A DNA stretch of 64,000 bases, taken from positions 1 through 64,000 of the IMG/VR virus record IMGVR_UViG_3300030708_003106. One strand, written 5' to 3'. This DNA comes from a virus (Duplodnaviria > Caudoviricetes). The position numbers and the translations under genes are program-made. Shown piece after piece: positions 50,686 to 57,128 of this stretch. Below the pieces are notes generated by a model, which was not told the origin of the DNA, ran no database searches, and was given only the letters and a program-made list of their open reading frames with translations. Position 1 is the stretch's first letter. Each line of letters opens with the position of its first letter.

Positions 50686-51577
50686 GAAGAACACTCATTT
50701 GCAACATCCTGAAGATTCTATTCTGACTGGAGACCTTTCAGTTCTTGATTGGTTCGGTGAGTCGGATAGTATTATCAGCACCAAAATGGATGGCGCTCCT
50801 GCTATTGTTTGGGGCACAGATCCTGCGACTGGTACATTCTTTGTTGGCACTAAATCTGTCTTCAACAAAGTAAAAATCAAAATCAATCATTCACATGAAG
50901 AAATTGACAAGAATCACGAAGGCAAAGTTGCTCGTATTCTTCATGCTTGCTTTGATTGTTTGCCTCGCACTCAATCCATTATTCAGGGTGATTTTATTGG
51001 GTATGGTGGTAGTGATACTTTTCGCCCCAATACGATTACTTATGTCTTCCCTCAAATAGTATCGGAAGATATTATTATTGCACCTCATACTTTGTATTTT
51101 GGTGTTGATCTGCGAACTGTAAAAGCAGCACCTTTGACTAACAAACTGATCAGCACTGATTCTTGTTTGTTTGTCCAACCTGAAGTTTCTTTGCATCCTC
51201 ATCGTGAAGATTTGGTAGATGTTTGTGCATTTGCCAAGCAAATGTCTACTCTATGTGAGTTTGTCACTCCAAACAAAGCAACAAAAATCAAAAAACATAT
51301 CAATGACTGCATCCGTGGGGAAAACTACATTGATGAAGATGAAATTGCAGAAAAATTTGATTGTGACATCAACTTGATCCGATTGTGGAAGTTGGTTGCA
51401 TCTATCAAGGAAGATTTGTTCTGCTTCATTGATGAGTGTGATGACATTGGTTGTTTGATTGGTGAAGAAGTTACATTGCATGAAGGTTATGTCATCACCA
51501 ACAAATATGGCATGTTCAAGGTTGTTGATCGTGAGGAGTTTTCCCGTGCAAACTTTATCATGGAAAAGACTTGGTAA
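50684..51577 (+). CDS. Conserved phage protein with ligase-type nucleotidyltransferase motifs
   Basis: TKMDG (KxDG), QGD, HEGYVI, FKVVDR. Confidence 0.6.
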   Translation: MKNTHLQHPEDSILTGDLSVLDWFGESDSIISTKMDGAPAIVWGTDPATGTFFVGTKSVFNKVKIKINHSHEEIDKNHEGKVARILHACFDCLPRTQSIIQGDFIGYGGSDTFRPNTITYVFPQIVSEDIIIAPHTLYFGVDLRTVKAAPLTNKLISTDSCLFVQPEVSLHPHREDLVDVCAFAKQMSTLCEFVTPNKATKIKKHINDCIRGENYIDEDEIAEKFDCDINLIRLWKLVASIKEDLFCFIDECDDIGCLIGEEVTLHEGYVITNKYGMFKVVDREEFSRANFIMEKTW

Positions 51578-51581
51578 TTAA

Positions 51582-51612
51582 AACTGAAGCCCCTAAACTG
51601 TCCTAGTTACAT
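51582..51612 (+). repeat. 31-bp cassette element R7 (ATG at 51611)
   Basis: AACTGAAGCCCCTAAACTGTCCTAGTTACAT. Confidence 0.95.
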
Positions 51613-52000
51613 GAGCACTGATTCCATGACCACTCAATCCTTCGCTGACTACGTTGCCACGCAAGATGCACGCAACACGATTCAACTTAACGTGCGTAAG
51701 TATACGCTGATGTTGTGTGATGCTCTGCTGGACAATTTCAAGTCCCGCAACAATCGCAAGGATAGTGGTTACAAATTCTACATTGAAGAAGGTCGCAAAT
51801 ATCATAAAATTATCATGGAAACTGGTGGAAACTCCCGCAGTGTTCATGCCTTTGTTGATAAGAAGACTGGTGATCTGTATAAAGCAGCATCATTCAAATC
51901 TCCTGCCAAAGGAGTACGTTTCAACCTTTGCATCATCAGTGATCGTGAATGGTTGCTGGAAAATGCTGACTGGGCAGGTGGATACTTGTACGCTCGTTAA
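51611..52000 (+). CDS. Conserved phage hypothetical protein
   Basis: GRKYHKI...SVHAFVDKKTGDLYKAAS...PAKGVR motif. Confidence 0.75.
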   Translation: MSTDSMTTQSFADYVATQDARNTIQLNVRKYTLMLCDALLDNFKSRNNRKDSGYKFYIEEGRKYHKIIMETGGNSRSVHAFVDKKTGDLYKAASFKSPAKGVRFNLCIISDREWLLENADWAGGYLYAR

Positions 52001-52004
52001 TTAA

Positions 52005-52035
52005 AACTGAAGCCTCCAAAGTGTCCCTATAGTAT
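52005..52035 (+). repeat. 31-bp cassette element R8 (ATG at 52034)
   Basis: AACTGAAGCCTCCAAAGTGTCCCTATAGTAT. Confidence 0.95.
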
Positions 52036-52213
52036 GAGCACAACTAAAATGACAATCACCGAACGCAATCAACAACTCTTCGATCTTCGTAAAAAACTTG
52101 ATCAGAAGAAAATGGAGATGGCATGGATTGAAACTCAAATCATGGCAGTTAATGCACAATATGATCGTGAGAATCGTGAAACCCCATTGTTCGATGAAAT
52201 GTTCGGAGGTTGA
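52034..52213 (+). CDS. 59-aa hypothetical protein
   Basis: Manual translation MSTTKMTITERNQQLF...PLFDEMFGG. Confidence 0.65.
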   Translation: MSTTKMTITERNQQLFDLRKKLDQKKMEMAWIETQIMAVNAQYDRENRETPLFDEMFGG

Positions 52214-52423
52214 TTGATGCAATTCCAAATTACTGAAATCGAATTAGATTTTGAAGATTCTCAAGGTGTTCTATCTCATAATGAACAAACTGAAATTGTT
52301 GATGATTTAGTTGGTCACATCTGGGAAGCAGATGATGAAGATGATCTCATTGAAGAAATCACATGTGCATCAGGTTGGTGTGTCAAATCCATCGATTTTC
52401 GTTATGCTCTAAACGCATCTTAA
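52214..52423 (+). CDS. Acidic hypothetical protein
   Basis: ORF track; WEADDEDDLIEEIT. Confidence 0.7.
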   Translation: MMQFQITEIELDFEDSQGVLSHNEQTEIVDDLVGHIWEADDEDDLIEEITCASGWCVKSIDFRYALNAS

Positions 52424-52424
52424 A

Positions 52425-52613
52425 ATGAAAACAACAACTGCAACTTATTCAATCACAGTTACAACTGATGAGGGTACACTATCATTTTTGAGGACAATGC
52501 CCACACGTCCAAAAACATCTAAGGGCATTAAAGCACATAATACTAGATTGGAAAACTATGCCATGAAGCAGTATCCAAACTGGAAAGAAATCGACGTTAA
52601 ACTATTGCCATGA
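52425..52613 (+). CDS. Hypothetical protein
   Basis: ORF track. Confidence 0.65.
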   Translation: MKTTTATYSITVTTDEGTLSFLRTMPTRPKTSKGIKAHNTRLENYAMKQYPNWKEIDVKLLP

Positions 52614-52780
52614 GTAACATCGAAGATGTAACAAACTCTCCCAAAGATTGGGAAGACTTTTGGTACAATTCCGAGTCAGATGGACAGGAATTTGAGAAAC
52701 TTCCCCCATACCTTGAAGCAGTCTTAGGACTCTCAAAATACCCTGCTGATTGTAAACGCGAATCCCCACTTTCAGAATGA
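52610..52780 (+). CDS. 56-aa hypothetical protein
   Basis: Manual translation MSNIEDVTNSPKDWEDFW...; ATGA overlaps on both sides. Confidence 0.6.
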   Translation: MSNIEDVTNSPKDWEDFWYNSESDGQEFEKLPPYLEAVLGLSKYPADCKRESPLSE

Positions 52781-52944
52781 TCACTAACAAAGCACAAATG
52801 CTCAACGTCATGTCAAAATGTGACGGTGCAGATACACTCACCCGAGAGGAAAAGTTTCAAGTCTTTTGTAATGTTTGCGACAACATGTTGAAAGAAGGTA
52901 GAATTAGCAAAGCAAATCACAAGCGTTGGACTAACATTTGGTAA
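52777..52944 (+). CDS. 55-aa hypothetical protein
   Basis: Manual translation MITNKAQMLNVMSKCDG...RWTNIW. Confidence 0.6.
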   Translation: MITNKAQMLNVMSKCDGADTLTREEKFQVFCNVCDNMLKEGRISKANHKRWTNIW

Positions 52945-52946
52945 TT

Positions 52947-53171
52947 ATGAAAGTTGATACAATAGGCAGGATTATTGGTTCAGTTCTTGTAATCGTTGCC
53001 TATTTTGTTATTTTACACATTGATCTCACATTTGGGGTGACATTAAACTTCATTGGTGATGCAATTTCCATTCCATTCTTTATACGAACAAAGTCCTGGG
53101 ATGTTGTCATTATGTTAGTTTTCTTATTGTGTATTTCTTCCAGTAAATTATTTGGGTTTGGTTTATCATGA
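52947..53171 (+). CDS. Small multi-pass membrane protein
   Basis: Three hydrophobic segments; ATG inside track ORF 52938..53171. Confidence 0.65.
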   Translation: MKVDTIGRIIGSVLVIVAYFVILHIDLTFGVTLNFIGDAISIPFFIRTKSWDVVIMLVFLLCISSSKLFGFGLS

Positions 53172-53308
53172 AATGCGAAGTAAAGTTGTACGTTGCAGGA
53201 AAAGTTTTCGCTGAGGAAGTATATGCGAAAGATTATCAAGAGGCAAGGGAAGTTGCATTAGCACGCAATCCTAATGCAAAAGTAATAGGAGTGACAGCAA
53301 AGTTCTAA
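53168..53308 (+). CDS. 46-aa hypothetical protein
   Basis: Manual translation MKCEVKLYVAGKVFAEEVYAKDYQEAREVALARNPNAKVIGVTAKF. Confidence 0.65.
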   Translation: MKCEVKLYVAGKVFAEEVYAKDYQEAREVALARNPNAKVIGVTAKF

Positions 53309-53316
53309 GGATTAGA

Positions 53317-53347
53317 AACTGAAGCCTCCAAAGTGTCCTAGTAGTAT
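53317..53347 (+). repeat. 31-bp cassette element R9 (ATG at 53346)
   Basis: AACTGAAGCCTCCAAAGTGTCCTAGTAGTAT. Confidence 0.95.
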
Positions 53348-53561
53348 GAAGACCACTCAAATGCAAATCAGCACCGCTTTCACTGATGCTTTGGAGTCCA
53401 TGTCTGGGTTCTTTTATGAAATGAATCCTGATCTGGATATGTGCTACGATTATGTTTGCGAGATTGCAGAAATTGATTCTTTCGTTGACAATAAAGAAGC
53501 ATGGGATATGTTCTATGAAGCATGGGAAAAGGTTGCTGAGGAGAACTTTATCGATGTCTGA
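53346..53561 (+). CDS. Acidic hypothetical protein
   Basis: ORF track. Confidence 0.65.
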   Translation: MKTTQMQISTAFTDALESMSGFFYEMNPDLDMCYDYVCEIAEIDSFVDNKEAWDMFYEAWEKVAEENFIDV

Positions 53562-53775
53562 TTCTATCAAAACTTATCCACTTTTTTCTGAACTTATGAG
53601 CATTACTAATCCTTACGTTGAAAATCTTGTCGAGATGGGATATGATCGAAAAGACGTAGAAACGGCGTCTACGATGTTTCAAAAGAAAACGTTTCCATAT
53701 ACAATTCACGGTCGCACTTATCAGACCGAAGAAGAATATAATGAAGCGATTCACGAGTTTATGAATGGCATGTAA
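53554..53775 (+). CDS. Hypothetical protein
   Basis: Track ORF 53452..53775; internal ATG preferred. Confidence 0.6.
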   Translation: MSDSIKTYPLFSELMSITNPYVENLVEMGYDRKDVETASTMFQKKTFPYTIHGRTYQTEEEYNEAIHEFMNGM

Positions 53776-53789
53776 TTCAGAGGTTTAAT

Positions 53790-53820
53790 AACTGAAGCCC
53801 CTAAAGTGTCCCAGTAGTAT
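53790..53820 (+). repeat. 31-bp cassette element R10 (ATG at 53819)
   Basis: AACTGAAGCCCCTAAAGTGTCCCAGTAGTAT. Confidence 0.95.
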
Positions 53821-53992
53821 GAACAACACTCAAGAAACCAAATTCCTTCTCTATGGTCAATTCCATCGCGCAAATGGTTGGATTATGAACGACTGTTTGG
53901 GTTACATTAAGGCAACAGAACAAGAGGCAATCGATACATGTAAGCGCCTCAATCCTAACTTTGTCATTCAATCTATCACCATCGAAAAATGA
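53819..53992 (+). CDS. 57-aa hypothetical protein
   Basis: Manual translation MNNTQETKFLLYGQFHRANGW...; ATGA overlap with the next gene. Confidence 0.65.
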   Translation: MNNTQETKFLLYGQFHRANGWIMNDCLGYIKATEQEAIDTCKRLNPNFVIQSITIEK

Positions 53993-54273
53993 ACTACACT
54001 CTCTGGCATCTCCAACAACGTGTCAACAAACTGATCGAACAACAAGGTGAAGATGCACATTGTGCGGCATGGATTTACACCAAGGAAGATTGTTTTTTGA
54101 CTGATGATAATGGTGAGCAGGAATATCCATGTGATGAACATCCTGAACTTGCTGAACGTATCTTCAATGATGTTGGAAACATTGATTACATCTACACTGT
54201 CATTCAAGAGTGTGTGGATGAAGTAACTGAAGAACAATATATGGCATATCAACAAGAACTTTCAGAGGTTTAA
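53989..54273 (+). CDS. Acidic hypothetical protein
   Basis: ORF track. Confidence 0.7.
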   Translation: MNYTLWHLQQRVNKLIEQQGEDAHCAAWIYTKEDCFLTDDNGEQEYPCDEHPELAERIFNDVGNIDYIYTVIQECVDEVTEEQYMAYQQELSEV

Positions 54274-54274
54274 T

Positions 54275-54305
54275 AACTGAAGCCTCCAAAGTGTTTCTAT
54301 AGTAT
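54275..54305 (+). repeat. 31-bp cassette element R11
   Basis: AACTGAAGCCTCCAAAGTGTTTCTATAGTAT. Confidence 0.95.
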
Positions 54306-54334
54306 AGGCACCGATTCATTTTTCTTTTCTTCAC

Positions 54335-54607
54335 ATGCAAGTCACTAATTCTGCTGTCATTGTTGATTACTTCCCCGAGGCATTTATTGCTGAGTCTTGT
54401 GAGAAGAAAGGTGTGAAAGTTGTTGTCAAACGTTTCATCCGCCGCGTTAAGTTTCGTGCTACTGGTCAAAAATCTTATAGCACAGTTCTTGGTATTGAAG
54501 CAAAATATGATTGGCAAGCGCGTATTGCTAAAGGTGCAGAAGTGACTGACTTTAACACTGAAAAAATGCCTCGCTCTGAGTTCATGCCTCTTGCATGTGT
54601 GGGGTGA
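54335..54607 (+). CDS. Hypothetical protein
   Basis: ORF track. Confidence 0.7.
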   Translation: MQVTNSAVIVDYFPEAFIAESCEKKGVKVVVKRFIRRVKFRATGQKSYSTVLGIEAKYDWQARIAKGAEVTDFNTEKMPRSEFMPLACVG

Positions 54608-54610
54608 TTT

Positions 54611-54796
54611 ATGTCACTGATCAAACTTTATCTTCACAACAAAATGATGGACCGACTTGAAATGTTGACTCAACGTGAACAACTTATGGAGGACATTGAT
54701 TGTATCATTGAATCAAACTTTGGAGAGGTTGAATATAAAGATGATGTAATTCGTCAACTGTGTGATGCAGTCTGCAAAAACTTTCCAACCGACTAA
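54611..54796 (+). CDS. Hypothetical protein
   Basis: ORF track. Confidence 0.6.
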   Translation: MSLIKLYLHNKMMDRLEMLTQREQLMEDIDCIIESNFGEVEYKDDVIRQLCDAVCKNFPTD

Positions 54797-55032
54797 TGTC
54801 TTTCGTTTCATTTTCCACCGATCCAAACATCATGAACCAAGAGCAACTTAACAGACTTAAAGAGAACTATGCCAACCTCATTGTTGATGGGATGGATATG
54901 GATACTCTCGTTCAATTCGCACTTGATAGTCTCATGAATGATATGGAAAAATGGGATGAAGTAGATGTTAAAGAAGAAGTTCTTTATTTGTATGATGATG
55001 AAACTTGGAAAGATCTTCAAGAGTCAGTGTAA
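54796..55032 (+). CDS. Acidic hypothetical protein
   Basis: ORF track. Confidence 0.65.
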   Translation: MSFVSFSTDPNIMNQEQLNRLKENYANLIVDGMDMDTLVQFALDSLMNDMEKWDEVDVKEEVLYLYDDETWKDLQESV

Positions 55033-55106
55033 CTTACCGAGGTTTTCCGAGTAGCGCAGCGTTCCGGATTTTTTGATCATAAGTATCAATCAACCTCAGT
55101 AATACT

Positions 55107-55137
55107 AACTGAAGCCTGTAAAGTGTCCCTATAGTGT
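55107..55137 (+). repeat. 31-bp cassette element R12
   Basis: AACTGAAGCCTGTAAAGTGTCCCTATAGTGT; GTGTCC pairs with downstream GGACAC. Confidence 0.95.
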
Positions 55138-55166
55138 AAGGACACACAATCCCAACACTTTTCCAA

Positions 55167-55514
55167 ATGCGTAAGATCGAATCCCAAATGTGCCAAGCAG
55201 TTCAGTCTAACAAGAACTGGAGTTCTGGTAACACTACGGTTACGATTGATGAGGAAACTAATACTTCCTCTGTTTATCTTCACGGCAATCTGATTGCTAC
55301 TGTGACAGATAATGACATGACCATTTATGATGGTGGTTGGCAAAGTAACACCACTAAGTCGCGATTGAACGCTCTGTGTGATACTTTCTGTGTTGATGGT
55401 GAAGGTGTTTTCCAGGAGAATTTCGCCTGGTATGTGAGGAAGTTTGTAGGTGCAATTAACGGACAATCTAAGTTCGTCATCGAAACTTTTTCCAACGGTT
55501 ACATCTTTGCCTGA
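55167..55514 (+). CDS. Conserved phage hypothetical protein
   Basis: VYLHGNLIA...GWQSNTTKSRLNAL motif. Confidence 0.75.
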   Translation: MRKIESQMCQAVQSNKNWSSGNTTVTIDEETNTSSVYLHGNLIATVTDNDMTIYDGGWQSNTTKSRLNALCDTFCVDGEGVFQENFAWYVRKFVGAINGQSKFVIETFSNGYIFA

Positions 55515-55636
55515 GTCTTAACTTACATCTAGGCAGTACAGAATTGGGAGACTGATTCACAACGTAAGACCTAGTTTAACCAAGTGCTGAGTAACACTAT
55601 AAACTGCTCACATTTCACTCTAATTTACATCAACTC

Positions 55637-55783
55637 ATGTCTAAAGAAGTTCTCATCGGTATGCTGAAAATTGCTCAGAACGGTGATCAAATGCTTCAAA
55701 TTCTTGACAGCATTACTGACACTGAAAAGGAGAGTATTTCCTCTGATGCAGTAGACTTCAGCGGTCAACCTGTCAACTTCTGA
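55637..55783 (+). CDS. 48-aa hypothetical protein
   Basis: Manual translation MSKEVLIGMLKIAQNGDQMLQILDSI...; followed by a terminator. Confidence 0.6.
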   Translation: MSKEVLIGMLKIAQNGDQMLQILDSITDTEKESISSDAVDFSGQPVNF

Positions 55784-55787
55784 TAAT

Positions 55788-55818
55788 AAGAAAGGGGCGC
55801 TAAAAATGCCCCTTTTTT
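55788..55818. terminator. Intrinsic terminator, possibly bidirectional
   Basis: AAGAAAGGGGCG-CTAAAAA-TGCCCCTTTTTT. Confidence 0.8.
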
Positions 55819-55998
55819 GCTATTATACATAAAGATTACCCTTTTTTTATATTAAAAATGTATTAAAAAATGTATTTACGTTGTTTGTATCGTGTTTAAC
55901 ATTGTTGGAAATGGAGTTACTTAGCAGTGTCTTCGTAGTTACTCTGGGGCGTATTTGTAGTGATTTTAATGCTCTCAGACGTTGTGATCTAAGCGAGC

Positions 55999-56027
55999 AG
56001 TCTATCACGAACGCGCAGAAATGTCAA
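55999..56027 (-). promoter_or_regulatory. Minus-strand sigma70-type promoter
   Basis: TTGACA-17-TAGACT on the minus strand. Confidence 0.55.
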
Positions 56028-56102
56028 CCGGGCGGAGATAAGTTTTACCAGGGATTGACAACACAAAACTATCAGACTTGCTAATAAATACTGAGAGGAT
56101 TA

Positions 56103-56131
56103 TTGACAGTTCCTCTCTGTTATTCTATACT
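56103..56131 (+). promoter_or_regulatory. sigma70-type promoter
   Basis: TTGACA-17-TATACT. Confidence 0.8.
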
Positions 56132-56160
56132 AGTAAAGTATCACTCAGGGAGTCTCACAA

Positions 56161-56334
56161 ATGCCGACAGTCTATCACCAGTCTCAAAAGAGTAAGTATC
56201 GCATCACTCTGGAAATTGAAGCATTAGCAGACTTCGACCCTCATCAGATTAACTGGGAGAAGTTGTTCAAATTGGAAGGCAATGAGTCTTGTGATGCGTA
56301 TATCGAAGACCTGTCAAATCCTGGTCGTTGGTGA
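56161..56334 (+). CDS. 57-aa hypothetical protein
   Basis: Manual translation MPTVYHQSQKSKYRITLE...; GGAG RBS and upstream promoter. Confidence 0.7.
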   Translation: MPTVYHQSQKSKYRITLEIEALADFDPHQINWEKLFKLEGNESCDAYIEDLSNPGRW

Positions 56335-56359
56335 TAGATTGTCAGTGGTGGGTGATAGT

Positions 56360-56390
56360 AACTGAAGCCTGTAAAGTGTCTCAGTAGTAT
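56360..56390 (+). repeat. 31-bp cassette element R13 (ATG at 56389)
   Basis: AACTGAAGCCTGTAAAGTGTCTCAGTAGTAT. Confidence 0.95.
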
Positions 56391-56643
56391 GAACATCACT
56401 TCGACAGACATGACCGCTCAAACTTACAACGGTTGGGCAAATTATGAGACCTGGAATGTTGCTCTGTGGTTGGGAAATGATGAGACTATGTATAACTTTG
56501 CCCGTATGTTTGCAGAGCATGGTTATAAGTCTCTGTCGCACCAGTTAGTAGAAACTTTCGGTGCAGTTACTCCTGATGGTGTGTATTGGAAGCACGCTGA
56601 TCTGAATATCAATGAACTGAATGAAATGTTGGAAGAACTCTGA
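56389..56643 (+). CDS. Conserved phage hypothetical protein
   Basis: YNGWANYETWNVALW...TPDGV motif. Confidence 0.75.
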   Translation: MNITSTDMTAQTYNGWANYETWNVALWLGNDETMYNFARMFAEHGYKSLSHQLVETFGAVTPDGVYWKHADLNINELNEMLEEL

Positions 56644-56661
56644 TACTTAAGAACACGGGGG

Positions 56662-56690
56662 TTGACATCAGTTAGTCCCCGTATTATAAT
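56662..56690 (+). promoter_or_regulatory. Perfect-consensus sigma70 promoter overlapping a hairpin
   Basis: TTGACA-17-TATAAT; ACGGGG/CCCCGT stem at 56655-56682. Confidence 0.85.
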
Positions 56691-56891
56691 CAGAGAGTAT
56701 CAGTGAAACGGCAGTGTTTTGGGGGCGTTGTTGATGCGTTGCGGCGGGCGTTGCGTATATAAAAACGCCTAACTACCCTAACCTACAGAGGTGACAATTC
56801 GCGAGAGATATATTTAAATATAAAAAAATTTCCGGAGTAAAAATCGCCTTCTGTAGGGTTGATAGATAAAAAAAATCCGGAGTAAAAAATA

Positions 56892-57080
56892 ATGCAATCA
56901 AAGGTTTATCACATTTACGCAAAGCAAGAGTGTTTATATAATTGTTTGACGGAAGAACAATTTAATAAGGTATGGAAAACCCTCAAAGGTATGGTTGGTC
57001 TGATGAAGACTGATTACACCATTGAGGATTTGTCATATGAGGAGTTAACCGTACAGAAAGGAGAGGAAGCAAGTTATTGA
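56892..57080 (+). CDS. Hypothetical protein
   Basis: ORF track; GGAG RBS. Confidence 0.7.
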   Translation: MQSKVYHIYAKQECLYNCLTEEQFNKVWKTLKGMVGLMKTDYTIEDLSYEELTVQKGEEASY

Positions 57081-57105
57081 CAATGTATAGATAGACTGTT
57101 AAAAT
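57077..57105 (+). promoter_or_regulatory. sigma70-type promoter
   Basis: TTGACA-17-TAAAAT. Confidence 0.75.
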
Positions 57106-57128
57106 TGAACTGAAGTCAATTCAAAGTT

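Noticed and set aside
56055-56083. TTGACA at 56055 as a promoter
   Set aside because: No acceptable -10 hexamer at 16-18 bp.
55881-56084. 67-aa + strand ORF
   Set aside because: TTG start without an RBS, atypical composition, and it overlaps promoter-like elements. The region is more likely non-coding.
41268-56390. CRISPR array interpretation of the 31-bp repeats
   Set aside because: Intervals are 0.4-3.3 kb and contain intact genes, the repeats are degenerate, and no cas genes are present.
41268-56390. Classical integron attC sites
   Set aside because: No RYYYAAC/GTTRRRY ends, too short, and no integrase in the window. Only the layout is similar.
57108-57117. AACTGAAGTC as a 14th element
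   Set aside because: It lacks the CC, AAA-NYGT and TAGTRT parts and lies just downstream of a normal sigma70 promoter.
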